Below, one piece after another: positions 24,677-32,960 of a DNA stretch of 32,960 nt. The stretch is taken from the NCBI GenBank assembly GCA_033762295.1, contig JANRLW010000041.1, forward strand, positions 1 to 32,960, in the 5' to 3' direction. The translations under genes were made by a program, and so were the position numbers. The stretch's first letter is position 1. Each line of letters starts with the position of its first letter. The notes beneath the pieces are model-generated. The model was not told the origin of the DNA and ran no database searches. It worked only from the letters and a program-made list of their open reading frames with translations. Origin of the DNA: Capsulimonadales bacterium. Lineage in GTDB: Bacteria; Armatimonadota; Armatimonadia; Armatimonadales; Armatimonadaceae.

Positions 24677-27610
24677 TTATTCCCTGCCGATCACTTCCCG
24701 CAGACGTTGCAGGAAGCGATACAGGTCCAGGGGTTTGGGAAGAAAATCGGCTGCGCCGGACGCCCGGAGGCGTTCCGCCAGACGGGCGGAATTATCCGCG
24801 CTGAGAATGATGACGGGAATTCGCGCCGTCCCGGCGTCGTTTTTCAACCGGCGCAAGACCTCCTCGCCCGGAATGTCCGGCAGATGCAGGTCAAGAAGGA
24901 TGAGCGACGGGTGATGCTCACGGGCAAGCGCGACCGTCACCGCTCCCTGCTCGGCGGTGATCAGACGGTAGCCTCCCTCGCCGTCCAGAATTTCGCGGAT
25001 CAGACTGAGGTTGGCGGGATTGTCCTCGATACAGAGAACGGTATGTTCCGTCTCATTCTCCGGGGCGGAGACCTCTCCGGGCGTCACCGGGGCGGGCGCG
25101 GAGGGCGGATCGGTCAGAGGAAGGTCCACGCAGAACGTGCTGCCGATTCCCGGCCGGCTGTGTACGCTGATCTTGCCGTTCATCGCCTCCGTCAGGCTTT
25201 TCGACAGGGCGAGTCCCAGGCCCGTTCCTTCGATTTCACCGCTGTCGACCCCGAGACGCTCAAACGGCTGAAAAAGCCGGGGGAGATTCTCTTCGGCGAT
25301 GCCGACGCCCGTATCACGGACACGAATACGCACGTACGTCTCGTCCCAGCGTTCACACGTCACCGAGATATGTCCGTCCGAACGGTTATACTTTACGGCG
25401 TTTGCCAGCAGATTCAGGATCACCTGGATCAGGCGCTGCTGATCCGCCAGGACGTACAGCGCTTCGCACTCGCCAAAATCCGTCGAGAGGTGGAGCCCCT
25501 TTTCCGAACAGAGGGGAGAGATCAGATCGACTGCCATTGTCACCGCAGTGCCGACCCGAACCGGTTCGAGCGAGAGCGCGAGCCGCCCGGATTCCACGCG
25601 GGCGATATCGAGAACTTCGTTGATCAACTGAAGCAGATGACGACCGGCCTGCAGGATGCGACCGATGCGTTCGGACAGCTTCCGGTCCGTCGTCTGCATC
25701 TCCATAACCTGCGCGAAGCCCAGGATGCTGTTCAACGGGGTACGCAGTTCGTGGCTCATTCGGGAGAGGAATTCACTTTTCGCCTGATTCGCGGTCTCCG
25801 CCTCCGCCCGCGCCCTTTCGGCGTCCGCGATGGCGGCGGCCAGTTCGGCGGTGCGATCGGCGACTCGCTGCTCCAATCCGGAGTTCAGGGCGACGATTTG
25901 CGCCTCATTCCGCTTCCGTTCGGAGATGTCCTCGACGACGGAGATAAAGTAGTCCGGCTGTCCGTTCGTAGCGCGCGCCAGGGAGACGGTCAACTGCACC
26001 CAGACGATCGCGCCATCCCGGCACAGGTAGCGTTTCTCCATCGAGTAGGTGGCGATCTCCCCGGACAGCAGACGACGGGTGAAGGACACATCCTTATCGA
26101 GGTCGTCCGGATGGGTGATCTCCTGGAAGGCGCGGGCGAGCAGGACGTCACGGGAATAGCCGACGATATCGCAAAGCCGTTGATTGACCCGCAGAAAGCG
26201 ACCGTCCGGGGCCACATGCGCGATCCCGACGGCGGCCTGTTCGAACGTTCTTCGAAACCGCTCCTCGCTTTCCCGTCGGGCGGAATCGATACGCCGTCGT
26301 TCGAATGCGTTGGCTAGCAGATGGCTGAGCGTCGAAAGGAAGTCCAGCTCCTCCGGAAGAAATCGGGTTCGTTGACGGCTGCCGACGGCAAAGGTGCCGA
26401 ACACGGTGCCATTACCGGAGATCAGAGGATAGCAGGCATAGGATCGGACCCCGAGAAAGCGGACGTAACGGCCCGCGTCGTCGGTTTCGATCCGGCCCGC
26501 GTCGGCGTGGATGGCGATTCCCTGCTCCGCCGATTGACGACAGAGGGATTCGCTCGCGGCCGTCTCCGGAAACTCCGGAAAGCGGGCTTCCGGAATGCCG
26601 ATCGCCGCGACCGTCCGCAGACTCCGGGTTTCCGGCGCAAAGGTCGAATGGAGGCAAAGGTCGATGTTCAGAGGAAGACCGATGCGGACGAAGATCAATC
26701 GAACGATTTCCGAATCACTTTCCTGGCTTTCCGACAACAACTTCGAACAGTCGAGCAACAGGGTTTGACGCTCGGCATGGCGGCGAAGCGCCTCCTCCGT
26801 TTGTTTCAGAACCGTGATATCCGTGGCCGTTCCGGCGATCAGGTGAGGACGTCCCTCGGAATCGCGGGAGAAGATCACGTCATCGCTTCGAAACCAGCGG
26901 TAGGAATCGTCCGAATGGCGCATCCGGTATTCGATCGAACGGATTTCGCCGTTCTCTGCTTCGGAAAACCCGCTCAGGTGATCCCGGACGCGCGGGAGAT
27001 CCTCCGGATGCATCAAAACCTCGAGCAGGCGATCGCCGATCCGTTGCGATTCCGCCGGGGAGATGCCAAGGATGTCATGAATCCGCCCGTTGGTGTAGAC
27101 GTTTCGATGTTCTTTGAGATCGAAGATGTACAGGACATTGGGCGATGCTTCGGCGATGCCATGAATCCACTGCCGGCGGGCCTGGAACGCCGTGTCCTCC
27201 GGACGCTGCCCTGTCCATCCGAAGGCCGAAATCCCTTCTTTCACCGCTGCCATCAGCCGTTCGGGCGTCGTACCCGGCAGCACCTGATAGTCCCAGGCGC
27301 CTTGTTTGATCGCTTCTACGGCCGTGACCGGGTCGTTATGGACGGTCAGCAGAAGGACGGGACAGGGGAGAACGACGCTGCTCTCTCGAAGTTTCCTGAG
27401 CAGGTCCAGCCCGGTGCCGTCGCGCAGGAGGTAGTCCGTGATCAGGCAGTCCGGCATCCGTGCGCGGCAGATTCGCAGGGCGTCCTCCGACCCGGAGGCG
27501 ACAACGAACCGGCCCTCCTCCGCGTAGGCTTCGGCAAACCGTTCAAAAAAACGATTCGCGTTAGCCTCGGAGCCGTGGACGATCAGGATGGTTCCGGACG
27601 GTGACATCAT
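24677..27610 (-). CDS. Hybrid sensor histidine kinase (REC-PAS-GAF-PAS-HisKA-HATPase-REC)
   Basis: KSEFLSRMSHELRTPLN H-box, NLLANAVKYN, DTGVGI, GTGLGL; PAS motifs (HPED, HPDD); C-terminal receiver IEDN/LLDLHLPD/LPKP. Confidence 0.95.
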   Translation of the reverse strand: MMSPSGTILIVHGSEANANRFFERFAEAYAEEGRFVVASGSEDALRICRARMPDCLITDYLLRDGTGLDLLRKLRESSVVLPCPVLLLTVHNDPVTAVEAIKQGAWDYQVLPGTTPERLMAAVKEGISAFGWTGQRPEDTAFQARRQWIHGIAEASPNVLYIFDLKEHRNVYTNGRIHDILGISPAESQRIGDRLLEVLMHPEDLPRVRDHLSGFSEAENGEIRSIEYRMRHSDDSYRWFRSDDVIFSRDSEGRPHLIAGTATDITVLKQTEEALRRHAERQTLLLDCSKLLSESQESDSEIVRLIFVRIGLPLNIDLCLHSTFAPETRSLRTVAAIGIPEARFPEFPETAASESLCRQSAEQGIAIHADAGRIETDDAGRYVRFLGVRSYACYPLISGNGTVFGTFAVGSRQRTRFLPEELDFLSTLSHLLANAFERRRIDSARRESEERFRRTFEQAAVGIAHVAPDGRFLRVNQRLCDIVGYSRDVLLARAFQEITHPDDLDKDVSFTRRLLSGEIATYSMEKRYLCRDGAIVWVQLTVSLARATNGQPDYFISVVEDISERKRNEAQIVALNSGLEQRVADRTAELAAAIADAERARAEAETANQAKSEFLSRMSHELRTPLNSILGFAQVMEMQTTDRKLSERIGRILQAGRHLLQLINEVLDIARVESGRLALSLEPVRVGTAVTMAVDLISPLCSEKGLHLSTDFGECEALYVLADQQRLIQVILNLLANAVKYNRSDGHISVTCERWDETYVRIRVRDTGVGIAEENLPRLFQPFERLGVDSGEIEGTGLGLALSKSLTEAMNGKISVHSRPGIGSTFCVDLPLTDPPSAPAPVTPGEVSAPENETEHTVLCIEDNPANLSLIREILDGEGGYRLITAEQGAVTVALAREHHPSLILLDLHLPDIPGEEVLRRLKNDAGTARIPVIILSADNSARLAERLRASGAADFLPKPLDLYRFLQRLREVIGRE

Positions 27611-27829
27611 GCTTTTATGGACGACACGGGAGAATGCCAGGGGGTCTCAAAAGAAATCCCTAAAAATTATCCGTTCGAAGAACGGTCCGGATTCCTGACA
27701 GGTGTGCGTGAATTCCTGTCGATAAATTCAACTTCGGCAGGCATTTCTCCTATTCCTTTAAGGAGTCAAGCTCGTTCGGATGCGCCGGTGAATCGACCCG
27801 CTGTATAATCGCCTCGGGATGGTGACGCA

Positions 27830-28504
27830 ATGGTTTTGATTTGCGCGGCGACCGCCGGGGAACTGACCGCCTGCCCGGATCACTTTCTGCCCGACGCCGA
27901 ACGGCGGGTCACGGGAGTCGGAATTCCGGCAACGTTCGAGGCGTTTTTCCATGATCTCACGGGAACGGGAGGAAGCGGTCGCCTGACCGGGATCGTCAAT
28001 ATCGGCATTGCCGGCGCCTATCCGGAAACCGAATTGCGGATCGGCGATATCGTCGTCGCCGACGGCGACACGTACGGGGATATCGGTATGGAACTGCCGG
28101 ACGAAGCGGGGGGTGTCGGAGGGTTCCTGCCGGTGGCGGACACACCGTTCGGCAGGGAGTTTTATTCCCATCCGTTGCCGTGCCGGGTTCCGGACGCACT
28201 GGCGGCACGGGTCGGACCGGGAGGGGCGGGAAGGGGATTCGCCGTACGTACGGGGCGTGGCTGCACGGTCAACGCCTGTACGGGAACGGAGACCGTCGGT
28301 CGTCGGCGGGCGGCGCAGACGGGGGCGATCTTCGAGACGATGGAAGGAGCGGCGGTCTGCCAGATCGGGCGGGCAGGGAACGCGCCGGTCTGCCAGATTC
28401 GCGCGATCAGCAATATCGCCGCGCGACGCGAAATGCGTCCGGAAAATATCCGGCTCGCCCTTGCGAACCTGCATGTCTTTCTGAGCGGTATAGAAGAGTT
28501 ATGA
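27830..28504 (+). CDS. mqnB: Futalosine hydrolase
   Basis: VTGVG, NIGIAGAY, TVNACTGT, ETMEGAAV, IRAISN (PNP/MTAN fold); overlaps mqnD; TATAAT about 20 nt upstream. Confidence 0.85.
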   Translation: MVLICAATAGELTACPDHFLPDAERRVTGVGIPATFEAFFHDLTGTGGSGRLTGIVNIGIAGAYPETELRIGDIVVADGDTYGDIGMELPDEAGGVGGFLPVADTPFGREFYSHPLPCRVPDALAARVGPGGAGRGFAVRTGRGCTVNACTGTETVGRRRAAQTGAIFETMEGAAVCQIGRAGNAPVCQIRAISNIAARREMRPENIRLALANLHVFLSGIEEL

Positions 28505-29343
28505 GCGCACTGACGATCGGTATTTCTCCGTGTCCGAACGATGTGTACATTTTCTCGGGGCTGATTCTGGGCCACGTCGAATGGGACGGCCCGACGCTTC
28601 GATTCGATTTTGAGGACGTTGAAACCTGTAATCAACGAGTTTTGCGCGGAGAGTTCGACATCGCCAAGATCAGCTATGGCGCTCTGGCCCGCGTGACCGA
28701 TCGATATGTGCCGCTGGACTGCGGTGGTGCTCTCGGGCGCGGCGTCGGTCCGTTGCTGCTCCGGAACGGGGAGGCGCGATTCGATCCGGAGGAGGAGGTG
28801 CTGGTGCCCGGTGAAATGACCACCGCCAACTTCCTTCTGGATTTTTTTGCCGGTCGCGTGTTAAAAAAGCGATATACGACATTCGATGAAGTCTACCGGG
28901 AACTGTGCAACCGGCCCGGGACGCAGGGTGTCGTTATCCATGAGAAACGATTTACGTTTGAGCGTGACGGATTGACGCGGCTACAGGACCTGGGAGAGCA
29001 CTGGGAACAAGAGACCGGGGCCCCGATCCCGCTGGGGGTAATCGTCCTCCGACGCGAGCTTATCCGGGTGCGGGCCGCCCTGGAAACAGCCATACGGAAC
29101 AGCCTCTCCTGGGCCGATAGTCATACAAAGGCAGCGCTCGAACTCTGCCGCGAGCATGCACAGGAGATGAGCGACGAAGTGATGCTCGCTCACATCCGCC
29201 TTTATGTCAATGAGTTCTCCCGCGATTCCGGCGTCGAAGGGCGACGGGCCGTCGCGGCGTTTCTGGAGCAGCAGGCGGAACAAGCACGGCGTTTGAACGC
29301 GGAGGCGACACGCCAGGGGCGAGGAATACGGAGCACGGAGTGA
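28501..29343 (+). CDS. mqnD: 1,4-dihydroxy-6-naphthoate synthase
   Basis: SPCPNDVYIF, DVETCN, GGALGRGVGPLL, PGEMTTA, VIHEKRFT, DLGEHWEQETGAPIPLG, HIRLYVNEFS. Confidence 0.95.
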   Translation: MSALTIGISPCPNDVYIFSGLILGHVEWDGPTLRFDFEDVETCNQRVLRGEFDIAKISYGALARVTDRYVPLDCGGALGRGVGPLLLRNGEARFDPEEEVLVPGEMTTANFLLDFFAGRVLKKRYTTFDEVYRELCNRPGTQGVVIHEKRFTFERDGLTRLQDLGEHWEQETGAPIPLGVIVLRRELIRVRAALETAIRNSLSWADSHTKAALELCREHAQEMSDEVMLAHIRLYVNEFSRDSGVEGRRAVAAFLEQQAEQARRLNAEATRQGRGIRSTE

Positions 29344-30326
29344 TGTCAGGGTCGTGGAAAACCATTAAGCGCAGACTGCGTCAGATGCTGGGGACTCAGA
29401 AGGGTAACGGCCTTCACCATGAGGATCCGGAAATGCTGTTGCAGCGGGTGCAGGCGGAGATGCGAGCGACACACGCCCGCAACCGCGAACGCGCCGTGCA
29501 GGCGATCACCATGAAGAATAACCTGGAACTCATGGTGCGCGACACTCAGAAGACGATCGAGGGCCTGCGCGCCCGCGCCAACGCCGCCGAACTGCGCGGC
29601 GAGGCCCATCTGGCCGAAAAGATCCGGGAGGAAGTCACCGCCTACGAGTGTACGCTGGTCCGGACGCGCGCCGAGTACGAACAGGCGGTCGAGATGGCCG
29701 AACAGGTCAAGGCGGCCATCCGGCGCGAGGAGGAGCATCTGCGGCGAAAGACGGCCGAAGCCCTAGCGCTGCAGGCGCAGTGGCGTACCCTGGAAGTGGA
29801 ACGGTCCCTTGCGCAACTGATGACCGAAATCAGCGTCGGGCAGGATCTGCGAGGGACGGCGCTCCATCGCCAGGAGATTTCCGAACGGCATCGACGCAAT
29901 CGCGCGGCGATGGTACAGGCCATCGTCGCCAAAAACAATCTCCTCCGGATGGTCAATGAGAGCGAACAGCGGGTCGCCGGCCTCCGGGAAAAGGCCGAGG
30001 TCGCACGCGAGCGGGGGCAGGAGGAACTCGAACGATTTCTCCTGCGCGAGATGGAAATGTACGAGGCCAATCTTGCGGGCGCACAGACCGCGCTGCATCG
30101 AGCCGAGGCGGTCGCCGAACGCGCCAAAGCCCTGGTACATCAGGAAGAGGTCTGGATGCGTGAGAACGCGATTCCGTTTCCGACGCCGACGCTGGAAGTG
30201 GCCGAGGACGGAGACGGCGCGGAGGACGCCCGGCAGGAGCGACAGGATCGCCGCCTGCGCTGGTGGCTCGCGGTCGCGATCCTGCTGTTTTTCCTCCTGC
30301 TGGCGCTCAGCCTGGTCCTTACCTGA
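29343..30326 (+). CDS. PspA/IM30-like coiled-coil protein with internal duplication and C-terminal TM anchor
   Basis: Amphipathic N-terminal helix, EDPEMLLQ motif, A..A..RG...LA pattern, two aligned repeats, hydrophobic tail (WWLAVAILLFFLLLALSLVLT). Alternative GTG start at 29340. Confidence 0.75.
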   Translation: MSGSWKTIKRRLRQMLGTQKGNGLHHEDPEMLLQRVQAEMRATHARNRERAVQAITMKNNLELMVRDTQKTIEGLRARANAAELRGEAHLAEKIREEVTAYECTLVRTRAEYEQAVEMAEQVKAAIRREEEHLRRKTAEALALQAQWRTLEVERSLAQLMTEISVGQDLRGTALHRQEISERHRRNRAAMVQAIVAKNNLLRMVNESEQRVAGLREKAEVARERGQEELERFLLREMEMYEANLAGAQTALHRAEAVAERAKALVHQEEVWMRENAIPFPTPTLEVAEDGDGAEDARQERQDRRLRWWLAVAILLFFLLLALSLVLT

Positions 30327-30339
30327 CAGACTCCGTGGA

Positions 30340-30364
30340 ATTCCCGCAGGATTTCTGCGGGAAT
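30340..30364 (+). terminator. Stem-loop downstream of the mqnB-mqnD-PspA-like operon
   Basis: ATTCCCGCAG-gattt-CTGCGGGAAT, a perfect 10-bp stem with only a weak U tract. Confidence 0.5.
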
Positions 30365-30412
30365 GCCTGTTTGCCCCTGTTAAAATGTCCGGGAATCCAG
30401 TAATATAGCGGT

Positions 30413-31042
30413 GTGCCTCCAGCGGAAACAATTGGGGTATTTCGCCGATACAGGCAGACACCTGTAAAGGCTTCGGCGCGGCCGGACACCGCCCGGAACC
30501 CCGTGCCGAAGACGGCCCCCGTCCTCCCTGCTCCGCCGATCCCGCGCGGCGGCCCGACCGCTCGTCCGACGTCCGGTCCGCGCCTGACCCGCCCCGCGAA
30601 ACCGACCCCCGTCGCTCGACCGCTGACCGGTCCGCGTCTTCCGGCCCGACCGAACCCCGCCCGGAAAGGGACGCGTCAGGAAGAGGAAGAGGCCAATCGC
30701 CTGACCGTCGAAGGGGATTACCTCCGACGACTGCGAACGCATTATCAGACGCTCACCAGCGAGGTACGGAACACCGAGCAGCAGTACCGCAACACCAGCC
30801 GGAGCCTGAGCGAGGAGAAAGCCGACCAGCTGCGTAATGTCATGGACCCCGGTCTGTCGGAAGTCCATAAGACGTTGCTCCGGATCGAGGAAAAGCTGCG
30901 CCAGCGGGAGGGCGCGCAGTGGGAGGCGGAACTGGCGTTGACCACCCGAATCGCCCGTAGCCGCGCTTTCCGCCGCACTCTGCTCATCGAACTGGCGATT
31001 CTGGCCGTAATCGCCGCCGCTCTCTGGTTCCTCTTTCGTTAA
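30413..31042 (+). CDS. Hypothetical protein: Pro/Arg-rich N-terminus, coiled coil, C-terminal TM
   Basis: 209-aa ORF; TAATAT 6 nt before the GTG; hydrophobic tail LLIELAILAVIAAALWFLFR. Confidence 0.7.
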   Translation: MPPAETIGVFRRYRQTPVKASARPDTARNPVPKTAPVLPAPPIPRGGPTARPTSGPRLTRPAKPTPVARPLTGPRLPARPNPARKGTRQEEEEANRLTVEGDYLRRLRTHYQTLTSEVRNTEQQYRNTSRSLSEEKADQLRNVMDPGLSEVHKTLLRIEEKLRQREGAQWEAELALTTRIARSRAFRRTLLIELAILAVIAAALWFLFR

Positions 31043-31048
31043 ACCCGA

Positions 31049-31882
31049 TCACCCGACCGCGACTCCGATCTCCGCTCCGACACGACGAAAGCCTTCAAGC
31101 ATTTCCGACGTGGCGGGAACGACGATATGCCCGTGCGTCAGATCCCCGATCGCCGGGCAGCGTTCCGCGCCCCATCGCCGGCGATACAACGCCACATAGG
31201 CGCAGGTCAGGGCGTCGAGCGTATCCTCGTGACGTTTCAGCGCGTCCTCGCCCCGTTCGGAAAGATCGTTTCGAAAGAAGGCGGCGGAATCGTCCGGGAG
31301 TTCCAGCGGCGGGTCTGCCGAGGACAGTCCCCGGAGCAGTTCCGTATACCGCCGGAACTCCTCCAGGCGGGTTGACCGGGTCCGTCCGCGTTTCGGCTTG
31401 TACTTGAGCGTTTTCGACAGGCCGAACAGGGCGATGTGCGCCGGGTGGGGAAAGACCTCGAAGACCGCGCGCGTCGGGCCGGAAGCAGGCCCGACGAAGG
31501 GCGTATGCTCGATGCCGAACGTGGCCAGCCGGGTGACCAGGCGTTCGCCACGAACCGTTCCGCTCCGGGCGAGAAGATGCCGGTTCGACGGGTGCGGACC
31601 CGCTTCCTGTCGGCGCAGGCAGCGGGAGAGAACCGTTTCGCAGGGGCGGCGACCGGTGTCGTTCGGTACCCGGGTCGGTGCGTCGAGCCCGATCAACAGA
31701 CCGTCCTCGCAATCCCACATACGAACGAACTCCACAATGGAATCGTCCCCGGTCAACGCTTCCGCTGCGCCCAGGAAACGCGCCCCGGCACGAGGGTCCT
31801 CCGCGATCCCCTCCAGCACGACGGCGGCGGAGGTACGGCGTTCGCCCCACGCCAGATCGATTCCGAGGTATCGGTATCCCAT
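31049..31882 (-). CDS. DUF429 family protein (predicted RNase H-like nuclease)
   Basis: YLGIDLAWG, IGLDAP, GRRPCE, FEVFPHPA, LKYK, EDTLDALTCAYVA, GDLTHGHIVVP. Confidence 0.88.
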   Translation of the reverse strand: MGYRYLGIDLAWGERRTSAAVVLEGIAEDPRAGARFLGAAEALTGDDSIVEFVRMWDCEDGLLIGLDAPTRVPNDTGRRPCETVLSRCLRRQEAGPHPSNRHLLARSGTVRGERLVTRLATFGIEHTPFVGPASGPTRAVFEVFPHPAHIALFGLSKTLKYKPKRGRTRSTRLEEFRRYTELLRGLSSADPPLELPDDSAAFFRNDLSERGEDALKRHEDTLDALTCAYVALYRRRWGAERCPAIGDLTHGHIVVPATSEMLEGFRRVGAEIGVAVG

Positions 31883-32092
31883 ACTCTTTTTCTATCGCGT
31901 TCGGAGATTGTTCGGACACCTGCACTTTTCGATGATCCGAACGGCTTTTTTCGTTTCCGCCAACTTCCTGCCGTAAACCCATCGATTAATTTCTCGCCTG
32001 GTTAAAGATTTATTGTCGGGGAACGACCCCTCCTTCGTCCGGAGGACCACGCTCGGTTCCCGCCACTGAGAAACCAAAGAAAGGTGTTTCGT

Positions 32093-32960
32093 ATGTCATT
32101 GCAATTAATGCAAACTATGAATCGTTTTCGCTTCGCCGCTCTGCTTGGCGCCGGAGTACTGGCGGCTGCTCCGGCTCTCGCCGACGGGAAACCCGCCGCG
32201 ATGCTCGACCCCAATCTTCAGGTGACGACGTTCCTCAATTCGGGATTGACCCAACCGATCGCGATCGTCTTTATCGGGCCGAACGATTGTCTGGTCCTGG
32301 AAAAAGCCAGCGGTCAGATCAAGCGGGTCATCAACGGTGTGCTTCAGCCGACCCCGGTTCTGGACCTGGCGGTCAACTCCAACTCCGAACGCGGTCTGCT
32401 CAGCATCGCTCTGCATCCGAATTTTCCGGCGACGCCCGACGTTTTCATTCGCTGGACCGAGAGCAGCACCGGCGCCGATTCGACGGCGGTCGGCTCCGTC
32501 CCGTTCCTCGGAAACCGTGTCGATCGCTTCACCTGGGACGGCACCTCGCTGACCTTCGCCGCAAATGTCGTCCGTCTCCGATCGCGCCAGACCGACAATA
32601 CGACGGTCCCCGGCCAGGAGACGGTCGGCACGAACGCCAATGAGAACGGCAACCATAACGGCGGCGTTCTGCGCTTCGGTCCGGACGGAAAACTGTACGT
32701 ATTCATGGGCGACCTGGGGCGTCGCGGCTGGATGCAGAACCTGGCCAACGGACCGTTCCTGAAGGCGCCGTTCGTCGATGACACTTTCGGCGGACCCCAG
32801 CCGGACGACGCCCATCTCGCCGGGGTGATCCTGCGCCTGAACACGGATGGAACCGCGCCGAATGACAATCCGTTCTTCGCGGCGGGCGCGAGTATCGGCG
32901 GAGAAGTCGGGGCCAATCTTCAAAAGGTTTTCTCTTACGGTCACCGCAACGGCTTCGGCA
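32093..32960 (+). CDS. PQQ-dependent sugar dehydrogenase (glucose/sorbosone family), 5' part
   Basis: Manual translation: signal peptide ending AAAPALA-D, GLTQPIAIVF, ERGLLSIALHPNF, NHNGGVLRFGPDGKLY, ILRLN.DG..P.DNPF, YGHRN. SD AAAGGTG before ATG 32093 (alternatives 32108, 32117). Runs off the window end. Confidence 0.92.
   Translation, partial: MSLQLMQTMNRFRFAALLGAGVLAAAPALADGKPAAMLDPNLQVTTFLNSGLTQPIAIVFIGPNDCLVLEKASGQIKRVINGVLQPTPVLDLAVNSNSERGLLSIALHPNFPATPDVFIRWTESSTGADSTAVGSVPFLGNRVDRFTWDGTSLTFAANVVRLRSRQTDNTTVPGQETVGTNANENGNHNGGVLRFGPDGKLYVFMGDLGRRGWMQNLANGPFLKAPFVDDTFGGPQPDDAHLAGVILRLNTDGTAPNDNPFFAAGASIGGEVGANLQKVFSYGHRNGFG

Noticed and set aside
24707..27604. 536-aa and 427-aa plus-strand ORFs
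   Set aside because: Antisense shadows of the hybrid histidine kinase.
32054..32069. CCCGCCACTG resembling part of a cobalamin riboswitch
   Set aside because: The other conserved B12-element segments are not evident, and the downstream gene is not B12-related.
32105..32944. 279-aa minus-strand ORF
   Set aside because: Antisense to the PQQ dehydrogenase that the ORF track missed.

Overview
High-GC bacterial chromosomal window, densely coding and mostly housekeeping or metabolic. The lineage cannot be fixed from sequence alone; the gene mix (futalosine pathway, DUF1501, ASPIC/FG-GAP protein, Rpn-like protein, apparent leaderless starts) is compatible with Armatimonadota or a similar group (inference). 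In order: 5' part of carB; an acidic hypothetical; deoB-nucA-like nuclease-nuiA-like inhibitor; secreted beta-carbonic anhydrase; enolase-superfamily plus RraA/HMG-aldolase pair; glpD with an Rpn-like gene; DUF1501; tRNA-Arg(UCG); LacI regulator; small membrane protein; Gfo/Idh/MocA oxidoreductase; DUF4349 lipoprotein; a membrane sensor with an RsbT-like kinase; NitT/TauT ABC ATPase and permease; a large TPR/FG-GAP/ASPIC lipoprotein; upp; AIM24; a hybrid histidine kinase; mqnB-mqnD-PspA-like; a tail-anchored coiled-coil protein; DUF429; and the 5' part of a PQQ sugar dehydrogenase. I saw no CRISPR array, prophage or intact IS. The two most interesting observations: (1) an ethylene-receptor-like (ETR1-type Cys-x3-His) membrane domain, split by a two-helix insertion and fused to an RsbT/RsbW-type Ser/Thr kinase instead of a His kinase; (2) a PspA/IM30-like protein with an internally duplicated helical hairpin and a C-terminal membrane anchor, translationally coupled to menaquinone genes. 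All family calls come from motif recognition by eye, not database searches.
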